A stretch of 64,000 nt of DNA from Geosiphon pyriformis uo1 (lineage: Eukaryota > Fungi > Glomeromycota), in assembly GCA_016748015.1 (NCBI GenBank), contig JAAOMT010000741.1:724120-788119 (forward strand), written 5' to 3'. How positions within the stretch are numbered: position 1 is the stretch's first letter; every line of letters starts with the position of its first letter. Position numbers and translations under genes: made by a program. Under the pieces are notes generated by a model, which was given only the letters and a program-made list of their open reading frames with translations, had not been told where the DNA came from and did no database searches. Below, one piece after another: positions 53,289 to 64,000 of this stretch.

Positions 53289-54254
53289 GAAAATGGGACA
53301 AAAACTTTTTGGAAAGCGAATATTTTTTAATAAGATATACGATCATCATTCATATCAATTACGAGCTTATACCGCCATTTCATCGATTCAACCAACCCCT
53401 TCTGCAAATTCTTCCAAATTTTTCGACATTCGTTTTCCACAATACTCTTAACAATAATACACAAATTCTCGATATAATTTAAATCAGTCTATAACTTTGG
53501 GCATATTGACTATAAGAAATTCGTGAGCAATCTGACTCTTATGCTTCGGATCATTGTCTTGTTGGAACTGCCACCTTTCGTCTCATCTTAGGTAAATGGG
53601 TACGAAGGATTACTACAGAAAATTCGTTATTCATTATTCTAAGTAAAATAGAATAAACTTGTTTTACCTTCCTTATATAGAAACTACCCTATGCAAAAGA
53701 TTTTTTTCGATCTTTTGTTAGGGCGCGAGTTGGTCATAAACCTCTATATCACCATTCTACCATGTTTCTAAAGAGACAAAAAGTTGTTTCATAGTTCGAT
53801 TCCAATCGTAATACAAATTTTTATGGGCCTATTCTATGCGCTTTTCTTTAAGGAGATTCGTAAGCATTGGTGTTGTTAGAGGAAGGTTTTTTTTATATCC
53901 AAGAATTGCTAAATTCCTTCCAATTGGTCTATAGCCTATGTTCTATTGTTCCTTTTTTTCGATGTTACAATATATTGTAGAGAGAGGGATGTTTGTCGGC
54001 GTCTGTATTTCTTTTGCAACCCGCAAACCTTTCGTTCCACAAATGTATTATGGTTTGACGTTGTGTTTCTTTCGCGCAAGTTGACATTTCATACTCAAAA
54101 ATAGTAGCAATCAGACACGAAAATATTTTACAGACTTAGTCACGTACCTTGTGTTCTATTCCATGTTACCGAACGGCGAATCGACCCTAAATTAGTTAAA
54201 GTCGAAATCTTTATGTGGATATCCATATTTTCCAAAAAGTCTTGTGCTACACTG
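53289..54254 (-). mobile_element. Degenerate Tc1-like element
   Basis: Transposase relic from MSTCAKETQRQTIIHLWN (54087) to LVESMKWRYKLVIDMNDDRISY* (~53330). The right end (reverse complement CAGTGTAGCACAAGACTTTTTGGAAA) is followed by TA. A degenerate matching left end ..ACAAAAACTTTTTGGAAA lies at ~53298-53315. Confidence 0.7.
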
Positions 54255-54970
54255 TATATCCGAGGTTCTTTAAAATTTGAGTATTTACGGATTTTTTTGT
54301 ACTTTCGAATTTCCAAAATTTTGATTCGAGTTCCTTAGCTAGAAAAATTTTTTAACAAAGATTTTTGATTTTAAATGAAAAAACTGTATGCGCTTTATAC
54401 TATAGATTTAGGATTATATAATTGAAAGTAGAGTAGAAATTATTAAAAATATTTATTTTTTAATATCTCTTAAAACGTTTCAAAATTTTTTTATTTTTTA
54501 AAATAATAATTTTCCTTAATATAATTTTAACATCTTTCTAGAAAAAAATATGTTACGATGAAGCGATCCAAATTTGAACACTGGTTTATTCAAAGTTCAG
54601 ATTTTAGAGAAAAATATTTATTGTCTATGCTCACTTGAGAGGAGGTTAAGAGTTTTAAAAATCCTCACCTCTCCCATATTATTATTTGCCGGGACAAAAG
54701 CTGTCAAAATTTCTAGATAATAAATTTTGGACAAACCCTGCTTTTTCGGTTTTATTCACGTTGACTTTGTCAAATTAACTCTACTTAATGGCACGATGAA
54801 ATGAAATCCCCCCCAACTCATTATCAATAAATATCATTTTTATAAAAAAGTAGAACTTTATATTATCAAGAATTCAGCATATTTAACGATGAAATTTGGG
54901 AGATCATTAGTAAAAAAAAAAAAACCGAATCTAGAAAGCCACTTCTCAAGATAGGCAGAAAATTTACTAT

Positions 54971-55234
54971 CTAATCGTCGGATTCGTCCTCCACATTGAA
55001 AGAGTCATCAACAGTTCCGTTAAGATCACCTCTCCATCGATTTTCGTTATCGAGCCCGTTGCCATTTCCATCATCGACTCCGTTGTTATTACCATTGTTG
55101 TAATCGCCGTTATCGTTACCGTCAAGGTTGCCAATGTCCCTGTAACTTGGAGATGCAATTGTCGAAGCAGAGGTAGCTAACAGAAGAAGAATAGTGGTAA
55201 AAACAACGGTGAAGGCTAAAGATATTTTGGTCAT
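54971..55234 (-). CDS. Small secreted protein, G/N-module member C (87 aa, acidic)
   Basis: Signal peptide MTKISLAFTVVFTTILLLLATSASTIA, then YRDIGNLDGNDNG...RWRGDLNGTVDDSFN. TATAAAAA lies ~115 bp upstream. Confidence 0.85.
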   Translation of the reverse strand: MTKISLAFTVVFTTILLLLATSASTIASPSYRDIGNLDGNDNGDYNNGNNNGVDDGNGNGLDNENRWRGDLNGTVDDSFNVEDESDD

Positions 55235-56239
55235 TTTTATTTAGTTAGTTAAGAAAATTTAGTTGTTTTATTTGTTTTTTAACCCTCTGGTGTTTAAAAG
55301 ATGAAAGCTTGGATGAGGTATAAATTTTCAGTGAGACAAACTCTTTTTATATTTAAAAACATGTTTCATCTTACGATATTAAGAAAGTCATTCCTAATAT
55401 TAAGTGAAATTTCGATAAATTTTCATTTTTGAATCAAATAGACAAACAAACAATTATACTCAGTTACACAACGATACATTGTTTCGGTTCGCATCATAAA
55501 ATAGATTAATTTCATTATGATGCAATTTGAAATTAAATATTAAAAATAATTATTGTTTTAGATAATCAAGAATCTAATTTAAATCTCGACGTAATAATTT
55601 TTTGGAGAAAAAAAAAATAATGGGATTCTCTTGATTGTCGAAAACCCGTAAAATAAATCAACAAAGTTTAATAAAGGAAATTATCATTCTTATCTGTTTC
55701 ATGCACATAAACCTCGAAAAGCGACTGAAAATCACAAGATTCTAAAACTAAATGGGGAGGGGAGGAGAGGAGGGTACTCTGTTGATCTTTTTATTTTTTT
55801 ATTTTCTAATCAAATAGTAGTTAAATACGTTAAAGTGATGAATGAAATAGAAAAAGTTATTACGGCTTTTCATTTGAAATAATCAAATTAATAATCAAAT
55901 TAATATAAATAAAACTATAATTCTCTAAAATTAATAATTTCAAGTTTTATAATTTCAAAATTCTTTTTTACAATAAAAATTTGATTTTCTTAACTATTAT
56001 TATGTGTTTAATCATTATATTAAGATTTATAAGAAAAACATAAAATTACATATATATATATATATATATATTATTTAATTAAAGAGCGAGGCCCAACCGC
56101 TATCTAGTACAATAAATATCTTTGTAAATGTTAAACAATAATTTGTCAAATGAAAAAAAAAATCAAATCATTCAATGTTATTGCTATTTATTTTTTTGCT
56201 TTGATATTTTTATTTCAATTTTAAGAAAATCTTTATATA

Positions 56240-57583
56240 CAGGGGGGTATAAAAAATATTGGACACTTTTATAATATTTTATATAAAAGAACTAACTTAT
56301 GAATCGTTTATTATATTAAAATACATGTTAGTGGTTTGTTTGACCCCCATTTGCTTCAAGAATAGCTTGAACTCGACGTGGCATAGACTTGATCAAATTA
56401 CGATAGTAATTTACAGGTATCGCATCACATTTTTCCTTAACCCACTGTTCCAATTGTACAATATTTGAGGGTTGTGAATTACTTTGACGAATTTTAACTT
56501 CAATATATGACCAAAGATTTTCTATTGGAGTAATATCAGGACTTTGTGGTGGCCAAGGAAGTAATTCAACATTTGAAGAGGTAAGAAAAGAACGCGCGAC
56601 TTTTGATGTGTGGATTGGTGCATTGTCTTCCTGAAAAAAAAAATTTTTTTTAGTTTTTTTTGCATGAAGTTTTACCGTAGGAATTGCATAATTAGCCAAG
56701 GTTTCGCGGTGTATAACTCAAGTAATATGACCAACCAAAGGAACTAAAGGACCCAAACCAACCCATGAAAAACATCCCCAAAACATGCGACCAAAGCTTT
56801 TTCTAACTGTGGCTGCAATACAATCCTTATGAAACTCTTGGGAAGGTTTACACCATACACGTCCAAATCCTGTACTTCTAAATTGTGTATATGTAGATTC
56901 ATCTGACCAAACAACTCGTTTAAAATCTTCTACTGTCCAATTTTCATAAGTAAGAGCCCATTGTAAACGTTTTTCTTTATTTGATTTGGAAATTAATGGC
57001 TTGAGACGAGGAATGCACGAGCGAAGTCCTTCTTGAGCTAATCCATTTCGAATAGTTTGTATAGAAATAGATTTGTTGGTATCTTTAATAAAATTTAATC
57101 GTATTTGAGAAAGAGTTTGGCGGCGGGTTTCTTTATTCTCCATTATTGAATATTTGAGTTGTTCACGTGCGCGTTTGTCAAGAATTTGTGGTCAGCCCGT
57201 TCGTTTTTTAGGAAGTTTTTTTAGCTCGTATGACTTCCATACACGTATTACAGAAGAACGTGAACATCCAATAGTCGTGGAAATCTCACTGTTTGTATGT
57301 CCTAACTTTTTTGCAGAAATAATCCCTCCTTTTTGGTATTCAGAAAGTTCTTTTCCAAGACACATTTGATGCGGTAAATTTTTTCACGACAAGAATGTTT
57401 GATATTTTATATATACGCGTATGATCCAATGTTGTGTTTTACAAGGACGCGATTTATGTTGATTTGTAGATTATAACTATAAGTAATTATAAAAAAAATT
57501 ATGGCTTAAATTGGTAATGGTATTACAATATATAGCCTTTTTTATATATTATATTAAGTGTCCAATACTTTTTTACCCCCCTG
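56240..57583 (-). mobile_element. Full-length Tc1 (DD34E) transposon, 1344 bp, TA-flanked
   Basis: TIRs CAGGGGGGTATAAAAAATATTGGACACTT (56240-56268) and its near reverse complement (57556-57583), with TA on both sides. Confidence 0.93.
56328..57365 (-). pseudogene. Tc1 transposase (345 codons, one frame, two internal TGA)
   Basis: MCLGKELSEYQKG.. HTH, G*P (GRP), WSDES, FQEDNAPIH, SPDITPIENLW, with 34 residues between D and E. In-frame TGA at 57192-57194 and 56718-56720. Confidence 0.9.
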
Positions 57584-57794
57584 TATACTTGCTAAAACAA
57601 TATTAATATTAAATTACTGAGTAAATGATTAGATTAATAAATTTTTCTAAAAATAAGTCTTTTCATTGAAAATTTATAAACAATCAGTTTTAAATTTAAT
57701 ATCTCAAACTTTTTATATAATTTCCATCAGAATTTCTTTAAATATTTCAAACTTTAAATCTAAAGAGAAAAAAACCATCTACCAGTGATTATAA

Positions 57795-57836
<42 letters not shown>

Positions 57837-57843
57837 CACTAAA

Positions 57844-58167
57844 TCATAAAGTATCTATGCACCAATTATTTTGATTGTTAATTCCATTGCCGTTCCCATT
57901 ATTATCACCAATGTTATTATTACCGTTATTGTTTCCATTATTGTTCCCAATAACCCTATAGGTCATTTGATCGTCGTAATATTCCTTTGACAATCGGACA
58001 CATGACGATACTTTTTTAAACAATCATAATCACCAGAAGAACATTGGCAATGGGAGCTATCATTGTCTTGATGATGAAGTTTCTCAATAATCACATGAAT
58101 CGCATTAGTGTTATAGGACAAGCAAGGTAGCCCGAACAAGAGAAATAGTGAGAGTTATTTTCGACAT
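57844..58167 (-). pseudogene. G/N-module family member D, frameshifted (absent from ORF track)
   Basis: MSKITLTISLV.. signal-like start, Cys-containing middle (HCQCSSGDYDCL), then YRVIGNNNGNNNGNNNIGDNNGNGNGINNQNNWCIDTL*. Two frameshifts are needed to join these parts. Confidence 0.75.
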
Positions 58168-59562
58168 TTTACACGGCAAATAAATAAATAAATAAAGGAT
58201 TGTAAAAAGTGTTTAAAAATAAGGCTATTTGGGTAATTTTGGATTCTAAATTAAGCTTTATTGTTTATTTGACTCTTTGAAATATTCAAGTAGAATAAAA
58301 GTTTTTTGATGAGCAAAAATCCCAAATGGTAACTTCTTTTATGTTTAAAGCTTTCTCGCTGAAGCTTTGAATTCTTGAGCCATTTATTTGGCTGTAATAA
58401 TAATTTCATCCTAAGGCCAGAACAAAAAGACTTAATACTCGTTTTTTCTAAAAAATTTCCCTTCATTTAGAATCAGGAGAGGAATTTGGATGAGCTGACA
58501 TTTCACATGAATAATTTCTTTTGAAAAATAATGACAATATTATGAATAATTGCACTTAAACATAGCTCTAACCAAAAGTCATATTGTGTAAATTCGAAGG
58601 GTTTCTGTCAGTGTTCCACCTCATTAATGCATGATTTACTTTAAATAATCACAAGTATGTTTTTTTTTCATTTATCCAAAAAAATTATAACCTGATAAAC
58701 AAATCAAATTATTGTTGACAAAATTCTGAATACATTACTCCTCATTATAAAGGGAAAAAAGAGTCCATTGAGAAAAGAAATACTCTGTTCTTTTTTTCAC
58801 TTAATAAGAGTCCCAATTCATTCTAATTTCTGTGAATATTACTCCTAAATTTCAAGTAAAATTCTGTTTGAATTTTTCTTAATAAAAAATTCGTTTTAAA
58901 ATAATTTTTTTACCAAAAATCGAAACTAATTTTTTTCATGTTCTCATTTGATACGAATGAAATTGAGAAATTATCAACTTAAAAATAATGCTAATATATT
59001 TTTTGCCTTACACAAAGATCTGAATATAAAAGTGGTAGTTAGTTCTTTTTAGATTTAAAAATTGCTTGTTTTTGATAGATCATAATGGAGAAAAAAAGAA
59101 AAATTCAATCTTCGTAAAAAAAGCTTTGTCAATCATTTTAGAAATAAATGAAGTTATTAATAACAATTTGAAGTTAGAAAAGTTTAAAAGAATTCACAAA
59201 AAATTCATTATGAGAATATCTGAAGCAAACCATCTTTTTTTAATTTTTTATTGTCCATTTGGATTAAATTTTATTTTCTTCAAATGTAGAAATGTGGAAA
59301 TGTGAAATATTTTCCAAGTGAATATTCTATATTATATTGACACAAATTTTAAAAAAATCTATGCTAGATAATTCTTGAAAACACAAAGTTAACCTATCAC
59401 AATAAAAGAATGGAGTCTCCTTTCTTACAGTGTGTAAATTGATAATTGCAAAGGGGAAATTTGAAAGTTAATACGATTATTGTGTTTCGTCAAAAAATTT
59501 ATTTATTCTAAAAAGTATTAGTAGAAAGAGAAAAATAATTTTATCTAGACCCAGTTTAGTAA

Positions 59563-59838
59563 CTAGTTATTAAATGATTTATGAACGCAACCATCTAGAC
59601 AACCTTGCCAGGAATTTGTGTTACCAATTCCATTAGCGTTTCCCTCATTGACACCGTTGTTGCTACCCCGGTTATTTTTACCATTATTGTTACCGTCTTT
59701 GTTACCAATGTTTTTGAACTCAACTTTGTTGGGTTTTATCTTCTTTGAACACGAGACAGCAGATACAAAAGAGGAAGTTCCTAACAAAATAAGAGTGATC
59801 ACGACAATAAAAAAAATACTGAAAGTAATTTTGGCCAT
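59563..59838 (-). CDS. Small secreted protein, G/N-module member E (91 aa, basic, Cys-containing)
   Basis: Signal peptide MAKITFSIFFIVVITLILLGTSSFVSA, then FKNIGNKDGNNNG...SWQGCLDGCVHKSFNN. TATAAAAA lies ~75 bp upstream. Confidence 0.85.
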   Translation of the reverse strand: MAKITFSIFFIVVITLILLGTSSFVSAVSCSKKIKPNKVEFKNIGNKDGNNNGKNNRGSNNGVNEGNANGIGNTNSWQGCLDGCVHKSFNN

Positions 59839-61961
59839 ATTTGTGTGATAGTTTTTTTTTTTTAGGAAAGATGGGAATTTGGATGGATAAGAAAAATTTC
59901 AATTTGGGATTTTTATATTTGAAATTTCTTTCTTAATAATTATCCTAAAAAATGGGGCAGATTTATTATCACCTTGTGGGGAAGTCTTAAAATGCTCCTG
60001 CATAATATCAACGTATAATTTTTAAGAGCTTTAAAAAAGTACCAATCTTTAGATAGTACTTTTTGTCTCTTAAATCAATGCAATCAGGTGTTTTTTAAAG
60101 TTATTTTACCCTTTAGAAAGTAAGCGAAATAAGATTCAGCCACAGATTCAATTAGTATGGGTTTTATCTAAAGTTAAATGAAAGTTTTTGTTTAGCTAAG
60201 GGCCTAAAACTCTTTTTTTTTTCCAAAATAATTTTTAATGTGTGTCACCTATTATTTTGTCATAGTCTCGTTAATGAAAATTATACGGTTTTAAAGAAAT
60301 TTTACTGCTATAAGCTCATGGAACCCTGAAAATTATGTTAAGATCTTAAAGAGCAGCCAATTAAATTCAAATTTATTATTAGTCGAAAAATTTAAAAGTG
60401 TTGCATTCATTTCAATAGTAATATTTGTTAAAATTATAAGTTTGAAGGAGGTGAGTTTATTTTGTAAAAGAAATATCTCATCTAATAATAAGAAAAAAGA
60501 CTTGTTTATGATGAACTGTAAATGAAAGAATATTTAGTTTCAACGGCGCTCATGCCTCTTATTTTTACTAAAATAAATCCCATTTTGTCATCGTAATAGA
60601 TACATTATAATAATAATAATAATAATATTCATCTCATTTAGTTACTTCCCCTTACAAAAATTTTTCAAACATCAGCAGAAATCGAATAACCAAACAAACA
60701 AGAAAACTTTCAAGATTGGAAGAAGTCCAATTACCTTTGAACGGCTTTATCTTTCAAGAATGATTACCAAAAATATCCTCGCTTTGAAAAAATATATCAA
60801 AATCGTAAGGTTTAAATTTTAAAAATACAACTTAATAATTAAAATTTTAGATTTAAAAATTCCTCAATTTTTAGGGACTTTTTTGTTGAATTATAGTTTT
60901 TTTAACAATTAAAGATTCTTAAAATTATTTATAGATTTCAAAATACATATTTTAAAATCTTTTTCATTTTCTACGTGAGGAAACAGTTGTACAAAAACTT
61001 GACAGGAATCTCGGTATGGAACTATTCCTCTTTATTTATCCTTTTATTGTGATATCACAAAGCTTGGTAGTAGGCCATTTTTCGATTAATGATTTCAAAT
61101 TCATATCTTGAATTAGGAGGTAATAAAAAATGAAAGGTTTAGAGTTATTTACTTTTTATTATAGCTATCATCACTAAATTTCATTTTTTCTTTGAATATG
61201 AATATAATTGTTAGTTTTGTATTATAAATGCTTTAGTTTTCGTAACCGTCTAATATCATTAGCTGTAAATTTAGTAACTTTCTGTCTATCGGTTCCTTTA
61301 ATTGTTATTTTTTGTTATTCAAAAATTTTCAGACCAAGTTTTGCATAATATAAAATGACAATTGTCAAAATAAAATTATTTTCTTTATTTGTAGAATTAT
61401 ACTTATCTCGATACAAGATAATGGATCGAAAGATTTAAAAATTTCAAAATTTGAAAACACAAGTTTCGGATCTTATTTAAGTTTCCATAAATCTTTATAG
61501 GTGAATGTGAAGCTCGAAAAAGATCAAATTATTTTTCGCAAAAGAGAAATTTAAATTTCTTCTATTAATTGTTATCCATTTTTCTGGCTGAAAGGTTTTA
61601 CTAACACAATTTCAGCCACAAGTTTTAGGTAGCTTTAAATTTGTCGTCATATAATAATTAATAATTATTTATTCCTATTATAAGGCTAGCTATTAAATTG
61701 CCTAGTTACACAGCTAACCGTAAAGTTAGAAACTCTTTTTCTATGTGAATTACCACTTGCTGCCTACTTGTGAAAAAAAACTGTATAAAAAAATTATATT
61801 AAAAACACACATCTATTTCAGTAAAAAATTTTATGTTGTCAACCAAGGTAAAATATCAGCTGCCCGAAAGATCGTAATGCTAATTTTTGTGAATATATGT
61901 AAGTCATAGAGTTTATGTCAGATAATGAATGTTTAAAATTTACACTGACTTTTTCCATATT

Positions 61962-62268
61962 TTAGCAAGGAATGGGTTTATGTTTGTGACTGTGACCTCT
62001 AGATTTCCGGCTGTGACTTTTAGGTTTACGGCTTTTACTTCTAGGTTTGCGACTATGACTTCTAGGTTTACGGCTTTTAAGGTTTGCGGCATTTACTACG
62101 GTTAGTAGAACACTTTACAGCCCCAAGAGCGCGCTTCACAAGTTTGTTAGAAAAACCCGAATCTAGAGCAATCATACTTCCAGCGGCTGAACCTCCCGGG
62201 ACAAAATTTGCAGGAGACGTCGAGGCTACCAAGAAGAGTGCATTGGTGATCAAGCACGAAAAAATCAT
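61962..62268 (-). pseudogene. Secreted cationic repeat-peptide precursor, frameshifted
   Basis: Hydrophobic N-terminus, LVKR site, then 21-bp repeats. After a frameshift at ~62079 the sequence reads KSRKPRSHSRKPRSKSRKPKSHSRKSRGHSHKHKPIPC*. Confidence 0.6.
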
Positions 62269-64000
62269 TTAAGTTTAACTATTTTTCTAACTTACACCTT
62301 GGTAGTTAGTGTGACAAAAAATTTTAATAAATACGAAGGAAAAAATTTCCCGAGAGAGCTAGAGGAATGAAAAACCAATAAGGATCAGAGCAAAGCCTAT
62401 TATATATACTTATCATTTTGAGTCTGAAGGCCGGTCAAGTTTAAATTGGTAGCGCTAAAAGAACTATCACTGTTCAAAAAAAAAAAGTATTTTTTATAGT
62501 TTTCAATAGTTAGATTCATATCTGGAAGAGAAAAAATGAGAAATAAATTATGGGAAATACTTAATTTTTGTCAGTAAAAGTCATTTAATTTTCAAAACAA
62601 AAATATCTTTATTGTTTTCTTTTCAGTTTTTGAATAATATTAAGTTGAAGCATTTAAATAGCTAATTAAAAGGATAATGTATGATATGATGTAAAATTTA
62701 AAAATGATTTTAAATTGGTCATTTCCTTAAAAAATTTACCTTTGGCAGAAAAATAATTTTTTAAAAGTCGATCAATCATTTGTTATCTAATCTTTTTAAA
62801 GAAGAGATTTTCTTTGAGCAAAAAAGGAGATTTTCTTTGAAAATTACTTTATCTATCTAAAACAAATTAACGCAATCAATGAAAGGTCTTTGTAGCTCCA
62901 AAATTTAGCACAAAAAGAATTGTTATGATTCAAAAAAACTTTTTTATTTATTTATTTATTGTTTCTTATATAAAAATTTTTTTTTTAAAAAAAAAAGTAT
63001 CCAGCATTTAAAGTGAAAAAAAAAAATTTGAAATTTTTCACACACTTTTTACTAGTTATTATTAATTTTAAACTTTAATTATGATGTTCAAAAAGTTATA
63101 ATAAATTTTAATTTTAAAATTAAAGACTGCAATTCTACTTTAAAGTTTTGACATTTCATTAAAAATATTATTCCAAAATTTTTCAAAATTTTTTTTTTAA
63201 TCTTTAAAATAATTTTAAATATCATGCCAGTTTCTAATTACTTAAATATGTTTTACTTTCTTGGGTTTCGTTAAAATTTTTACTTTTTCATCTAATTAAA
63301 AAAATAGTTTTACAAGGATATTATTTTTGATTATCTAAAAATTTCTTCTAATTATTGGTTTATTACATATATTAAGTCATTTGGTTATCCCCCCGATTTC
63401 ATTATAGCAATAGCAATTTTTCTTTATTTGATATTTTTTGTTGATATAATATTAAAGTTTTTTTTTGTTACAATAAAAAATTGTTTATCTCAAATTATCA
63501 AAATTTAACTTTTATCAATTCTTTAAGAATATGATAGGCTTCAGCATTTTTTTACTATTTCTTTCAACCACAATACAAAGCATATCCATCATCAAAATTT
63601 CTTTGAATTTAAATTTCAATCAAAGTCAATAAAAAAATATGTAAACAGTTAATAAAACTGATTCAAAATATATCTAAAGTCATATTGAGGATTAACTAGT
63701 TAAGACCTACTTGAGAATTTTCAACGTATCCATAATACATGTATATCCTAACTGGGTCTTTCAAAAAAATCAAGGACTGAGTGTTATTATTAAAAGATTA
63801 TTTAAGACTTACACCATTAAAAGGTCTTAAAAACGATTAATAATTTGAAACGTAGTAAAATTTTAATAAACCTTTAAACATATTAATTATTAAACAATTA
63901 AGTGACAAAATAATTAATAGATATCTTCTCACTTAAAATATTTTAAAGGTAGAAGAGATTTTTAAATAATTTAGAGAAGGTATTAATTTTTATAATAGAT

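Noticed and set aside
56328-57365. TGA read-through or alternative genetic code in the Tc1 transposase
   Set aside because: The two TGAs sit at expected Arg and Gly positions, not Trp, and Trp is TGG elsewhere. Ordinary nonsense mutation is simpler.

Overview
Very AT-rich eukaryotic genomic DNA with short (~80-130 nt) GT-AG introns. The gene and TE content (MATA-type HMG box, TKL-kinase relic, many Tc1/pogo/LINE relics) suggests an arbuscular-mycorrhiza-type fungus (Glomeromycotina); this is inference only. Intact genes, with exon structures reconstructed by hand: an HMG-box transcription factor, a 5-exon multi-pass membrane protein that the ORF track shows only in fragments, a SulP/SLC26 sulfate permease, an FTR1 iron permease, a 3-exon membrane protein and a 390-aa hypothetical protein. 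The most notable feature is a ~16 kb co-oriented cluster (46.1-62.3 kb, - strand) of intronless signal-peptide genes. Four ORFs and one pseudogene share a Gly/Asn-rich module. It is complete in three small members (consensus IGNxDGNxNGxxNxGxNNGVx[DE]GNxNGxxNxNxWxGxL[DN]GxVxxSFN) and partial in the pseudogene and in a 1043-aa member with 89-aa tandem repeats. A frameshifted secreted Ser/Arg/Lys-repeat peptide gene closes the cluster, and two Tc1 elements sit inside it. Also found: a decayed Fanzor/TnpB-like nuclease gene (38.4-39.55 kb) with a hairpin directly after its 3' end, two LINE-like 3' ends sharing a base-paired 3' structure, a kinase-WD40 fusion pseudogene, and clustered candidate cis-elements upstream of FTR1 and SulP. 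All assignments come from motif recognition by eye; no database search or folding program was run.
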